Counted from the stretch's first letter, positions 1 to 13,465 are shown. The stretch is DNA of 64,000 bases from Macrostomum lignano (GCA_002269645.1 NIVC01002036.1:146404-210403), one strand, 5' to 3'. Notes: generated from the sequence alone by a model not told the origin. Translations and numbers: made by a program.

Positions 1-1345
1 AGATAGATATCCATCTGCATGCCTACTTATCCATCTGCACTTATCCATCTGCATGCCTACTTATCCATCTGCATGCCTTACTTATCCATCTGCACTTATC
101 CATCTGCATGCCTACTTATCCATCTGCATGCCTTACTTATCCATCTGCACTTATCCATCTGCATGCCTACTTATCCATCTGCACTTATCCATCTACATGC
201 CTACTTATCCATCTGCATGCCTACTTATCCATCTGCACTTATCCATCTGCATGCCTACTTATCCATCTGCACTTATCCATCTGCATGCCTACTTATCCAT
301 CTGCACTTATCCATCTACATGCCTACTTATCCATCTGCATGCCTACTTATCCATCTGCATGCCTGCTTATCCATCTGCATGCCTGCTTATCCATCTGCAA
401 GCCTACTTATCCATCTGCATGCCTACCCATCCATCTTCATGCCTACCTAACCTTCCTGCCTACCCATCTATCTTCCTGCCTACCCATCTATCTTCATGCC
501 TACCCATCTATCTTCCTGCCTACCCATCTATCTTCCTGCCTACCCATCTATCTTCCTGCCTACCCATCTATCTTCCTGCCTACCCATCTATCTGCATGCC
601 TACCCATCTATCTTCCTGCCTACCCATCTATCTGCATGCCTACCCATCTATCTGCATGCCTACCCATCTATCTGCATGCCTACCCATCTATCTGCATGCC
701 TACCCATCTATCTGCATGCCTACCCATCTATCTGCATGCCTACCCATCTATCTGCATGCCTACCCATCTATCTTCATGCCTATCCATCTACCTTCCTGCC
801 TACCCATCTATCTGCATGCCTACCCATCTATCTGCATGCCTACCTATCTATCTGCATGCCTACCCATCTATCTTCATGCCTACCCATCTATCTTCATGCC
901 TATCCATCTACCTTCCTGCCTACCCATCTATCTGCATGCCTACCCATCTATCTGCATGCCTACCCATCTATCTTCCTGCCTACCCATCTATCTGCATGCC
1001 TACCCATCTATCTTCCTGCCTACCCATCTATCTGCATGCCTACCTATCTATCTGCATGCCTACCCATCTATCTTCATGCCTACCCATCTATCTTCCTGCC
1101 TACTCATCTATCTTCCTGCCTACCCATCTATCTTCATGCCTACCCATCTATCTTCATGCCTATCCATCTACCTTCCTGCCTACCCATCTATCTTCATGCC
1201 TACCCATCTATCTAGAAGCCTACACAACTATTTACATTCCTTCTCATCTATCTTCCCGTCTATCTGCCTACCAATCCATCTATCTGCATTATTATCCACC
1301 TGTCTACATGCCGACTCATCTATCTACATGCCAATCTATCTATTA
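1..1345. repeat. Compound minisatellite: ~1-420 ACTTATCCATCTGC(ATGCCT) 14/20-bp units, then ~421-1210 20-bp TACCCATCTATCT(G/T)C(A/C)TGCC units, then a degenerate tail
   Basis: Periodicity is directly visible. The array lies in the intron downstream of the centriolin-like exon ending at 1399 and runs off the window start. Confidence 0.97.
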
Positions 1346-1398
1346 ATCTAGATGCTTATTTGTCCATGCAGTTGCTCAGAATAAACACCAAAACGCAC

Positions 1399-2226
1399 CC
1401 GAATTTTGCGCTCGTCACTCCTGCCAGACAGGTTAACGGCGGTCACGGTGACCGGATCCTGCTGCCTGGCAACCCGAAGCACCAGAGCATCGGTGATGTA
1501 GCGAACACCAACACCAGCTGATAACTTCTGCTGCTGTTCTTGCATCGCAGCGCTTGTGGGCGTCTCTTGGTGGCTTTCTAGAATTAGTTTAGAACAGATT
1601 TAGTGTGTGGAAAATGGTGCATGGGTTTTACTCCAAGGTAGAGAGTAGAGTCCGACTCGGAATACAGAAAGTTTTTTTTCTATATTTCTGTAAATTTTAG
1701 CACAAAAAAGCAGAACATCATGTAGAAACATTAATTCGATTGCACCCATTTGTCCCACAGTCAAAAAATAATTATACTGTACTTTTGAACTGTAACTCTT
1801 CACTGTCTTGTAGCTGGATGTCTATAGCCAAAAAAGCTACAAATGTAAGCTTGGTTAGATTCCAAACCATTTCGAGTGATGTCTATTAGACAAGAACTTT
1901 GAGACTACATGAAGATATTTCAAAATTTCAACAGGTTAGGATACTAGACTTTAATTTAAAGTGCAAAATATACATTAGAATTTTATTAGCGCTACATTAG
2001 TTTAACTAAATTATGCTTTTTCAAGTACTTGGACTACTTCAGTGTATATTAACACTAATAAAAAAACAATAGCCCCCCACTTTATTGGCATTACTATTAC
2101 AAAAAATTTTACCATAAGCTTACCATCAGAAGCAAAGTCACCCTGAGCAGAGGATGATGCAGGTTCAGCGCTGGTTTGCTCAGCAACTCTTCTTGGTGAG
2201 CACTGTGGAACTCTTGATTGACTCAT
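1399..2226 (-). CDS. CNTRL: Centriolin (CNTRL/CEP110)-like gene, first two coding exons; gene continues beyond the window start
   Basis: Exon 2226-2124 (ATG AGT CAA..., donor GATG|gtaagc, phase 1) splices in frame to exon 1577-1399 (acceptor ttctag|, donor CGG|gtgcgt). The product contains GVRYITDALVLRVARQQDPVTVTAVNLSGRSDERKIR, resembling the centriolin segment just before its LRRs (GVRYITEALIKKL...LNLS...KFK, recalled from memory). Confidence 0.7.
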
Positions 2227-5200
2227 AGTGCACACAATTTGATTGGTATAGGTCTACTAGCAGAGCAGATAATAGGGCACAAATGAACCACACATCTGTA
2301 TTTTTTATGTTAGACTGAAATTACAATAAATAAATATTTCTTTATACATGTATATAGAAATAAGTTTGCTATGTTGTTCAGAGCATATTATACTCTATAT
2401 CATCTAATATACTTTATTGCAAATGACTTATGAACTATATAATTTCATGTCATGATATCAATTTTATTTTTGATCTTATATTTGGGTTGGACTCTAGGTG
2501 TTATTTAAATTGTTTAATTTTTTTCTATTTTTTTAAAATATCAGTAGGGTCTAAGACTTAATATTATAATTGTTATAATTAAAAAAGCAATACATTGACT
2601 GCTACCTCACAATAACAAAATATAGTTAAATATTTTTATAAGCTTTAAGCTAGCATGGCCCTGAATTCACACTCTGGATCATCTAATATACACCCAATAA
2701 TTCAGGCATCTATTGGCCTTTTATGCCAAAAGTTGGGTGTGTATAGTTGGTATACATGACTCCTAAGAAAATAATGTGCAAAAATTAGTATTAAGTAGAA
2801 AAAGGGTTGAAAAGTTCATTTTAAATATAAATTTCAAGCTAGCTGTCCAATTTTTTAAACTCATAATTAGGCATTTAAACAAATGTTTAAGTGTATTGAT
2901 TCTCTATTATGAATAGTGTATATAGGAAAGATAAAAATAAAGCAAATTATTTGCCAAAAGGGTCTTTTAGTTTTACACAATGAAAAAAATGTAATTTACT
3001 GCTTTAATGCAAAAACAGCATTCATTATTACAACACTGGCTTAGATTTGAGATTATGGGCATCCACTTATTTTTTGGCATGTATTTATAAATATTCAATT
3101 TTTGTTTAAGTGTGCATCTAGCATGATCCAAACTATGGTCCTAAACTAAATATATAGGCCTAATATCTTGAAAAACAATTAAAGATAGGCCTAGGCCTAG
3201 GCCAGGCCCAATAAAAGACAAACACTAAACCATAAGCCCTAATAAGGGTTAAAGAGTTACTAATTATTGCTGCTGCTATACTCTGGAAAGCATATATCAT
3301 GCTAGAAAATTGTGGTATGCATTTTGTTTGGCCTAAAAATTGTGGCATGCATAGGTATGTATTTGGATATTACATGCCAAAAGTGGTGTATTGGCATGCT
3401 ATGGCATGAAATAGCAGATTTAATAGCCTAGAATGTGGCATAGCATGATAGTGAGGCATGTCTTGTTAAGACAAAAGTTTATGAAAAGACATAGTATTGT
3501 AAAGAAATGAATTTGTACTTATTTTTATTGCAAAATGACAAGTAATTTTTATGCCAAAAAGAAACATAGTATATTTGTATGCTAAAATAGTTGAAGGCTT
3601 AATTTTTTTAGTGTATTTTAAACATAGGCCTAATTAAAGTTGCATGTTTTTTTTATATAGATATTTGTTTGTTTTGCACATCTGCAACTAAAAAAGGTCC
3701 TTTATTGTTGCAACCACAATAAAGGTCATTTATCATTGCAGCTAAAAAAATGATATTGGCATGGATCTACTTAATGCTAGCATGCATTGGTTTAAAGTAT
3801 TCCCAAGTGCCTTCAACTCATAGTCAAGAAGGTTTCCTTTTCATAGAAAATTCTAGTGTAGAAAAGGGGGTTGGATATGCACTGTGCCAGTGCATTCCAG
3901 TGCAACAGCAGGCAAGGAGAAAAACCTAGCACAATAGGCCCTATGGTGCAAAAAATTGGCACAATTTGGTGCAAGACAAAAATGTCTAACAAGACTATAT
4001 TTTCTTTGACAAAAAATTAGCATATATAATTTTTTTATTAGCATTTTTTGTTTGCCAGTAGCAGTATATTGATGGTTTTTAAATTAATTTATAAAAAAGT
4101 TAATTAAATTTTTTATTAATTTTTTTTAATTTTATTAATTATTGTGTTAAGGTATCTAACAATTTCAACTATAGTCCTTAAGTCATATAGATTATTATTA
4201 AGCAATCAGCAATAGCTGCAGCTATAAGCTAGGGTTAGGCCTATGGCTAGGCCCCTATGCAATTCTTGTTTGTTTTAGTAAAAGTTAGTCTTAATCTTTT
4301 AGCTTTACTATACATTTTACAATACTTTTCCTAACATTATTATTAGTGTCAAATGTCAAATATTTCAGAATGTGTCAAAAAAGCTGGGCCTACATGTCAT
4401 TCTCATAGGCCTAGGCCTAGTCACATGTTTTAAAATAATTAAAAAAAATAAAATAAAGCCAAGGGCTAGATCTACACAACTCTAGCTAGGCATAAAAGGA
4501 CATAAATTACAGCTTCGCCTTCCATTGATTGATGATTGGTATTTATTTGGTATCTCTAGTAAATTGAGTAATACTTTACAAGGCCTACAAGAGTTTTTTA
4601 TAATAAATTACCATTATTTGAGCTTTAAATTAAATCAAAGAATGACAATTAACCTCGTATTCGATAGTAGTTCTTGGAACGTGACAAAGTTTTAATCTCA
4701 ACCCGAAATGGTATAATTTAATCGTTTTAAACATATTTAGATAGCACCTTCATAGGCTATTTCTTATTAAGTTTGTTTTATATTTAGCCCAAACAATTAG
4801 TAAAATGCGTCCTCACACCAAGTTTGTTTTACTTATTATGGTTTGTGCAATTACGTTTAATTGAGGATCCCATGAGGATGAGGACAATGCTCATAACAGC
4901 CGGCCGATCATTTTCAACAGCGAACTCCGTCTCGGCCTTCAATATTCGTAACTGCAGCTTCAATCCATCTGTGGTAGTGGCGGCTACCACGAAGGCTGAA
5001 AGGAAACTGTGGTGAATTGAATATTGCTCATTAAAATTTCCCCCTTAATAATTTTGCTCATCAATTTTGCCTTAAATATTAATATTCGTGACTATTTCTC
5101 TAATATTTAGCGGAATGGGCGCCCGCGCCTTCCCGCTGTGTCCCTTCCGGGACAGCCCTGCAGCTAAGTCTCTAATATTTTCTTTACTTTGATTGTATTT

Positions 5201-8200
5201 TCTCGTTGGCGTGATTATCCGTCATTTTCTGACGTCACGCCAATCGTTGGCCCAGGCGCTGCCCCACTCGGTGTTTTCACCCCCAAGTGGTGCCCCATCT
5301 GCGGCCCCAGGCGATGTAAATCTTCCTTTTTGGCTCATTTTGCCATTTGTTCAAGTTACGGCCAGTAGAGGGGTCAGGTGGTGGTAAATGTTCATTCCAC
5401 CCACTAATTCCCTGGGTGCCCCGCCCCCTGGCCAGATTGATTATTATAATTATATGGTGAAATGAATGCCCATTTTTTAACTCACTCTCTCCTCTGGTTT
5501 GTTTTCCCTCTTGTTAATCCTCGCTCTCCCTTCTCAGCTCTTTTGTTTTCTGCCTTTGTATCTCTCGTTTGTTAGTACATTAAACTTTATTTAGCCTATC
5601 CCGGACCGGCACGCCGGATTCATTATCGCGTAGGCCGGCTCTCAAAATTAGCGATAACTACATTTACTTATTCAGCATAAAGGGTTTTAAATAAACAACT
5701 TAATTAAATTCGACCGTTCGTTAATTAAGCCCATAGCTTTATTTTGAGTCATTTGCCCGTGGGGCGTAAAACAACCACAAGTTCTCACCTCAAAGAAATC
5801 TCTGAGAATTTCAACGTTCCGTAATACGTAAATTACGGTGGTGGCAGCAACTACCCTACTGACAGACGCTAGTTCAACACATCGACGCATTAATTTACGG
5901 AGACTGAATCTCCGGAGTTCTACAGCTGAACGACCGTGCCGCTCTACGACCGCTCCGCTACGATTGCAACTACCCTCCCCCCGGACTTGAGAACCCGGCA
6001 GCCGGAGTAAAAGGAGATAGTTTTCCCGTTGTGATTCGTCTGCGCGATTTTCCGGTTTTACTCGTGCGAACTCAACGTCGGCGGCAATTCAAACGCGGAA
6101 TCCGCCCATCTCATTGGTATCAGCAAATATTTTAAAACCCGAAAGTTCCAAGATAACTTCTCCACCCCCACCTCACATCCTTATATAATTTTTTTCAACG
6201 GATGTTTAAAATTGATATCACATTTCTTTGAAATATTGTGATAAACACAATTATGCTTAGGAAAACTAACTTTAACTTCTGTTGCGTGACTCGCAATATT
6301 TAATTGTAAAAAATAAGCTTTGCAAGCTATGTAGCTATACCTTAACTTTTCTTCTTAAAAAGTCGTTTCGTCTGCCGGCAGACGAAATGACCGCGCACCG
6401 AAATATATATTATGCACCACAATAGGTAGCATTCAAGCCACTTTTGATCAATGTATTGTAGAGCCATTCGATCTTTTAGACGAACTAGCTACGAACCATT
6501 TCATAGGGGAATGTAACATAAATTACTGGAACAGTACACGTTTTTTGTGACAATTGTACATCCAATTTGACCATTTTTAGATTGCGTAATTGGACTATAT
6601 GTAGTATAGAACGGCAAAAAAATTTACAGCTGTTACTGAAACAGAAATCAGCCAATGATGGGCACTACAATTAGCAAGTTTTTAGTCAAGAGCTATGTTA
6701 TTGACGGGTTGGATAGACCTTACATTATCGCATTTGTTTAATAGTGTATTATAACTACTCGTACATGTAGCTGAATGCTATCAATTTGTCATGCGAAAAG
6801 CTAATCAATATCGCTATTCTTGCATTTTAATCAAAGTACACTATTAAAAAAACAAAAAAAGCTACTTATTTAGTTAAACAGCAGACTGCAAGCACAAGAA
6901 TACAATTAAGATCATTTGTATTTTAACCAGCAACAATTCACAAACACAAAGTTGGTAAATGTACGCGCTAATTTATCGCAAATTTTCTTTGCAAGTTACA
7001 TTTTTATTATTTCACTTGAACATGCACGAATTGAGGCAATAGATAAATAAGCTTAATTGAACTTTAAAACACTTGTCAAAGAGGTTTGATATTTTTTATA
7101 ATATAAAAATATAAGAGTTAACTGTGCATCGGAGACAAAAATACTAGAGAAAACAGTTATATCATATTAAACAGCAAAAACCCTCCAATATAATGACATT
7201 TTTTACCAGAATGCGCAGTATTTGACCTTAAGACGTTGCTAATGCTTTAGAAAAGTTTTAACTTGTAACTACAACACAGTTTATCGAACATTTCGTTTAT
7301 TAATACAAGTTTAAAATTAATATTTTCGAGTACATACGCAAAAAGGGCTGGGTGTCTTCAAATTTATGGTAACTGTAGTAGTGTAGTACTACACTACACT
7401 AGTAGTACTACACTAGTAGTACACTAGTCTATAGCCGTCAGTTTTTAATCTAGCTATAAAGCGTGTTTAGAAAAAAAATTACATAAGAATTCAATGCTGC
7501 ACAACGTTTACTCACGCCAAAGAAAATCAATTAAAACTTTTAGCTTCTAAAGAATAAGTAGTATATTGAGAATATTACGATACACGGGCCCACGAAAAAG
7601 TTACACTGCTGAGACAACTAACGATGTTTGATACTTATATTAAAAAATAAACTTATAGTATAGAATGTTTTTATAATATATATTACAATGCTATATTAAA
7701 CTTATTTTCAAAATACGTAGACGTAAATCAATTCAACACTTAAGCAATACTATATGTTTGGATGACATTTTTAACTCTTAGCTTGCAACTGAATTATGTC
7801 AGTGAGAATTTTATATAGATACAACTTTAGAATAACTGAGAAAAACTCACGCATATTGACATCCTTGGATGGCTGCTGCGCATTTGCATAATAAATATGC
7901 CCCATGGATAAAATTTATCTCTAATAGGTTGATAGGCGATTCAATGTGAACTCAGATAATAAATTTGGTAAAGTTGTTGGAATTCTGTAAAAGATGATTT
8001 GCAATTAACGATCCTTTCAGTGTACATGCGAATGGCGTGGTGCGTTTTTTATGTAAACGATTTCATTATTAAATTATTGATTTAATTTTCGTACAGATTT
8101 TTTGTGGCGAGTCGAGCAATTATTTTTATATTAATAGAATAATATTAGAAATAAAAGCTTAACTTACCGCTGTCACAACAGGGCCCATTGCACGCCAGTT

Positions 8201-9252
8201 ATTTCATAAATCTAATGTGCAGCCAATTTTAATTGGTACGATTTGCTAAATACTAAAACAATGGAATATGGTGATTAATTTTCTACAAATAATCATGCTG
8301 CGATATTAATTAATAATTGGACTGTATAACACCCCCTAATTTATACTTTATACTATAAGATTTAAACATTTTTTTGAAGTAGAAAAAAAGTACGAGAGCG
8401 ATGATTGGTTCAGTGAATGCTATCGATAAAACATGCTGAACCCAGTGGTTAGAAAAATTGGGGCGTACCCTCTAGGCCGGCGCCCCGGCGGCCCTCAAGG
8501 GTACGCCCCATCCCGCAAGATAAAAGTTTGTAGGTTTTCTTCTTTGTACGTATGAAATATTTTTGTGAGGAAATTATGTAAAGAGCAGAATTTTTAAAGT
8601 TGATTTTTTTAGTTTCGGGTGTTTTTGTGCTCGAACCTGACAGTACGCCTTTCAGTACGTGCAGTGGACAGTGGGGCGAACTATTGATATCCTTATTAAT
8701 TATTTTCTTGTATAATGAGCTCATTATTTATTTGCATTGACCAATCCTCATACTACAGCTAACTTGAACTTTTAACCCTTTGAGCAGCCATCTCTTTGAA
8801 AAATTGCTGCAAGCTCCAAAGTGGGGTATAGGCGACTCGTGCAAATTTTTCTGAGTTTCATACACTTCAGAAATTGGATGTGAACGCAAAAGTGTGCGTT
8901 TTAGCCTACCTACTTATAAGTAATACCTTTTGATCTTCGAAATCAACGCAACAAAAAATATATTTTTTAATACTCCACTACTTAAGCACTAGCGCATGTA
9001 CAATGTTGCTTGTATTCTTAAGTTTTCATTTAGATGAGTCCGATTTGGTGGTCAATTCAGGATTTTTAAAGTAGTGGGGGCAGATTTGCCCAAATTTTTG
9101 TTTTGGTCTAAAAAGCCAAAGTAAGCTCAAAATTTACCCCCCTTATATGCAAGTCCAGCCATGGCAAAGGGGCGGCCGCCGGGTCTACTACATCTACGAG
9201 TACATTTGACCGCCACAATTTGATCGCCGTTCTATTCAAGGTGAAATAGGGC

Positions 9253-9570
9253 GGCGGGCAAATTGTCTGGCGGGCAAATTGTCTGGCGGGCAAATTGTCT
9301 GGCGGGCAAATTGTCTGGCGGGCAAATTGTCTGGCGGGCAAATTGTCTGGCGGGCAAATTGTCTGGCGGGCAAATTGTCTGGCGGGCAAATTGTCTGGCG
9401 GGCAAATTGTCTGGCGGGCAAATTGTCTGGCGGGCAAATTGTCTGGCGGGCAAATTGTCTGGCGGGCAAATTGTCTGGCGGGCAAATTGTCTGGCGGGCA
9501 AATTGTCTGGCGGGCAAATTGTCTGGCGGGCAAATTGTCTGGCGGGCAAATTGTCTGGCGGGCAAATTGT
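9253..9570. repeat. Perfect 16-bp tandem repeat (GGCGGGCAAATTGTCT) x ~20
   Basis: Directly visible. It is bracketed by a 16-bp inverted repeat, TGACCGCCACAATTTG (9207-9222) / CAAATTGTGGCGGTCA (9563-9578). Confidence 0.97.
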
Positions 9571-11073
9571 GGCGGTCAGTTTTCATATTCAGAGGCGGTC
9601 AGAGCTCAAATGGGACAGGTCATGAATAAATAACAATCTAACCCCCGCCTTGTCATTTTTCCGGATGAATAAATCCACTGAATCATAAAGGTTTCAAAGT
9701 GCCTTTGCGTTCTCATGACAGTTTTTGCCACTCAATTATTCTAGTCTTACTGAATCCCCGAGTTAACAGAAAATTATAGCTCGGCGCACGTCCGCCAGCT
9801 TGAATATTCTCGCTATATTGTTCTCTATTTGCGATCGTCTTTTACAACCCGACATCAATAAAACCCGTGTGGGCTTTATCTCTCATTAACAGAAATCTCT
9901 CATCAATTATAGCCTGTATAAAGCTTACTCATTTTGAGTTGCTCTTAGAAAAATGTTTTGAATTTCCTGGCCAGTGGCAATAACCCGTAATGACAGGGCA
10001 ATGCAAGGAATTATTTTAACCTAGAGGTGACAGCTAATTTTGGCCAATTCATTTCAGTTGGGTGGGGGGGGGGGTTAGAAGAAAGGCTAGAGAAGTGATA
10101 TGGGAATTTCTACGTTGTACCGTTCTTGCCTGCTTAAGCGAACCTATGCGAAACAAACAAACTGTCCTGACTCCTTATCAGTGCAGGTCATCAAGTTTTT
10201 TCTATTCCCATATTGCACCAAAGATAAAGGAAGAACAAAGACGAATTTCGTGCGAGGCTTGACAAGGTCTGAACTATATATATATATATCCTACATTTTA
10301 TAAGTTACAACCTAGCATAAACACATAAATACTTTGATACGGAAAGTATTGATTCGATCTGACCTAAAATAGGTGCCAGCAAAAGAAAGAAAATATTCAT
10401 AGCATTTTATATGTGCTTAAAAGTAAAACCAGATGGTAACAGATGGAAATTACAGTTGTGCAGCTAGTTGATTATTATCAATGGGATAAGTAAAATATTA
10501 CAAAAATTCTGTTGGCTTGAATTGGAGGTAGGAATACTGTATACAATACCATTAGTATTTCATACTCGTATACTGGGGTTTAAGAAAATAAATCCCCCAT
10601 TTCAGCCACATACAGCGGCATCACCTCCCACTAAGTTTCCGGCCCCTCCACCCCTCCTACACAGTTTTGAGCTAAATTACCCCTCCGGCCTCTATAACAC
10701 CGAATTTTAAGCTGTACCTAATTCTAGGGTTCAAGAATGTAAACAATAAAGATAGAATCAATATAATCAGTCTCTAAAATAACTCCAGTTCATGAATGAC
10801 CGATCGCCAGGCTTGTAGTAAACTCGTGAAACTGCGGATCCTAAAAGTAAAGATAAAATGGCAGTTGCGATCGAGTATGCATCGTAATATACTAATATTT
10901 AACTCACAATCTACAATCATGTCTGCGTGTTGAAGCTGAGAACATATACAGGAAGAAATTGCAGAATTGCAGAATACAGGGAATACGAGAATCGAGATAG
11001 AAGGAAATCGGATTGATATAAAAAACCAGAGAAAGATATTTTTAGTACTCACTTGCGACTCACGCGTCCTACA

Positions 11074-13101
11074 TCAGGCCTCCTCGGAGTCACCTGTCAG
11101 AGGAATGACAAAAAAATGGCTTGCTGGATCCCTGTCCGCTCCAGCAAGATTGGCAAGCAGATTCGCAGGCAAAATCCAGCACTTTCGCTCAGGTGTGCCA
11201 GTTAGAACACCAGATGTCATCCTGTACAAGCCGATTCCCAGACGCAAAGATGGATATGGGTTGGCGTAGATGTTGTCAACTGGGTGTAAAATCCTGCCAG
11301 TGACTTGATTAGCTTCACTTACAGCTTCGATTAGGACGCATACTTTGTCGATTATGCAACAATTATCACCTCGCTTTGTGCTGAATTTCAACGGTGGAAT
11401 TCGCTGCTCATTCAACAGAAGATCGCGAACTCTGAGCACCTGCTTAACTGAATGCGCTGCCATGTGCCTTGTCACCTTTACGCGGCGCTTTACAGATCCA
11501 AGAAAGTTTTCGAAAGGGAAAGTCGAAAAGTTGTTTAAACTGCCTAGCTTTCGGACAAACTCATCCAAATGAAGAATAGTGTGAAGATTGAAACTTATAA
11601 ACTTCTGGCCGTAAAGGTGGGCAGCCCGTTCAACAAAAACTTCAATGCAAGTTTTTGCCTGCGTCCACCACTTGGAGTACCTTTCGTTGGAGTATGCGTA
11701 AATGGCGAAATGGAGGTAAAGAAAGTGGTTATACCTTTCTTCATTTAAAATGCCTTTGAAGAGGACAGGTCCTAGGTACAGCAAGTACTGTCTGAATTCA
11801 GTAGCCTTCATGTGCTTCAGTTCCAAGTCGATTTTCCGGGGTCTTCGTTGAAAGTTTGAAGGTGTCCAACCGGCAGCCATAGTAATTCGGTCGCCCAATA
11901 GGCTCATCGGACCGGGATAGACGAGACACTTCTTGCCATTAGATTTGTCGAAAAATAGGTAAAATAGCTTCCTTGTGACTCCAAGGCATACGGCATGCTG
12001 GTAGTCAGGGGGAAAAGCATCGACAAAACTAATGTTAGGCAAATTTAGAAGGGGCGATAGAGCGATTTTTTTATTTTCCTGGTTAGACTCCTTTCCCTCT
12101 CGGTATTGTTGGCTGCTACGAGACTCCCCGACGCTCGTTGAAAATGTTACTCTGTTGTCGGTATAAGGTCCAGTAGCCCTGCAGTACATGCAACCGACGT
12201 ACGACATGTGCCCTTGAGTTACTGAGACCCAGGCTCGAGCAGGCGCATCGCAAACAAATCGGATAGTCGAGAAGCTGATGCTTAAATTTTCGATAATTTT
12301 TATTGGACCCGTAAGAAAACGTTTAGCCTCGTCGCAAAATTGTCGAAGATAATCATTCAGAGGTGGCTTGCCACAACCAGCCCATACGGCTACTGGAAAA
12401 GGTCTGCTGAATATGCTGGGAATAGACATAAGTATGGGCCAAAGACCGAAGTGGCTTGCTCGGTACAAAGGCAAGCCGTCAAAATTAACGATGGCTTCAA
12501 TTTTGTAAACCTTCTCAGTTTCACTATCGTGTTGTAGATATTCTGGCTTCATGTGCAGCTGGTTTTTGCGAAACATTAGTTCTAGATTTTTCAGAATCGA
12601 AATGTAGCGAAAATGGCCTTTTCCCATGGGCTCCAATTTTTCCGTTGGATCGCCAGCATTGATGACGGCCTCAATAGAGTTGACAGACTTCGGCGCAGGC
12701 AAGCCTATGTCTCTTAGACCATCAACAAGGAATTTTTTAGATCCACGACTTAGGTTGAAACAAGAAAAGTAGACTACCAGCAAGGCGAATATTTTATCTT
12801 CTAAAGAGCGGTCATCCTCTTTCTTGTCAATCTCCTCATCTTCATCGCTGCAAACTCGCGCGAACTCGTCAAAATCAGGATAGCTGCCATTGTCGTTGTC
12901 AAGATCTGGATCCGTACCTTCATTGACTTCTGCTACAGAGGACTCCGAAGCGATGAAACCGGCGACTCTCCCAGAATCATCTGCTTCGAATACTTTTCTT
13001 TTTTTCTCTTGCAGTGCGATGTCTTCCAAAGCTTCTTGTTCTCCTTCCATGAACAAGCCCAGCAAATCCTTATTTGCTTGTCGCCTCAATTGCCTTGTCA
13101 T
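11074..13101 (-). CDS. EnSpm/CACTA-type DDE transposase, 675 aa, single uninterrupted ORF
   Basis: Motifs typical of CMC/EnSpm transposases: NFDGLPLY (D1), FVCDAPARAW (D2), GH..Y.GC..C, PPDYQHAVCLG, KATEFRQYLLYLGP, FNLHTILHL, STFPFENFLG (E). Confidence 0.9.
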   Translation of the reverse strand: MTRQLRRQANKDLLGLFMEGEQEALEDIALQEKKRKVFEADDSGRVAGFIASESSVAEVNEGTDPDLDNDNGSYPDFDEFARVCSDEDEEIDKKEDDRSLEDKIFALLVVYFSCFNLSRGSKKFLVDGLRDIGLPAPKSVNSIEAVINAGDPTEKLEPMGKGHFRYISILKNLELMFRKNQLHMKPEYLQHDSETEKVYKIEAIVNFDGLPLYRASHFGLWPILMSIPSIFSRPFPVAVWAGCGKPPLNDYLRQFCDEAKRFLTGPIKIIENLSISFSTIRFVCDAPARAWVSVTQGHMSYVGCMYCRATGPYTDNRVTFSTSVGESRSSQQYREGKESNQENKKIALSPLLNLPNISFVDAFPPDYQHAVCLGVTRKLFYLFFDKSNGKKCLVYPGPMSLLGDRITMAAGWTPSNFQRRPRKIDLELKHMKATEFRQYLLYLGPVLFKGILNEERYNHFLYLHFAIYAYSNERYSKWWTQAKTCIEVFVERAAHLYGQKFISFNLHTILHLDEFVRKLGSLNNFSTFPFENFLGSVKRRVKVTRHMAAHSVKQVLRVRDLLLNEQRIPPLKFSTKRGDNCCIIDKVCVLIEAVSEANQVTGRILHPVDNIYANPYPSLRLGIGLYRMTSGVLTGTPERKCWILPANLLANLAGADRDPASHFFVIPLTGDSEEA

Positions 13102-13465
13102 TGTTTTCGTCCGAATCAGACTTTGATGATAGTTGACTGTTGTAATAATAATAAAGTAATTACTACGATTGCTTATTTCGTATTAAAGAAAGGATATGAA
13201 CAAAAGCTGGGAAGAATTGAAAACTATTCCTTTGGGGGTTTGTGCGCGCTGATTGGACAGGTATGGATGCGGGGACGGTAGGGCCAATGAAATTGGAAAA
13301 GCCAGGGCGGCCTTTTTCATTCGAAGAACTATAGAAGACAATTGCTTCTAGAAGCAACCTAAACCACTGAATCATTAAATAAGCATAAACTATAGTGTGA
13401 GCTCCAAACTCTTGCTTTATTTGGTACTCAGTTTTGCACTAGCATAGTCTAGTCTGCATGCTACA

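Noticed and set aside
19-1351. Long ORFs of 143-432 aa in several frames
   Set aside because: Stop-free translations of the 14/20-bp minisatellite inside a centriolin intron; not genes.
4824-5890. Short ORFs sharing a VVAATT peptide
   Set aside because: No domain similarity or consistent splice structure recognised; insufficient support.
8774-8800. TTAA-CCCTTT piggyBac-like terminus
   Set aside because: No matching opposite end with TTAA was found nearby.
9253-9570. CRISPR-like array
   Set aside because: Head-to-tail repeats with no unique spacers, in a eukaryotic context with no cas genes. The same applies to all other arrays in the window.
9108-9633. Six overlapping ORFs (PPDNLPARQF / LSGGQIVWRAN repeats)
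   Set aside because: Artefacts of the perfect 16-bp repeat being open in all frames.
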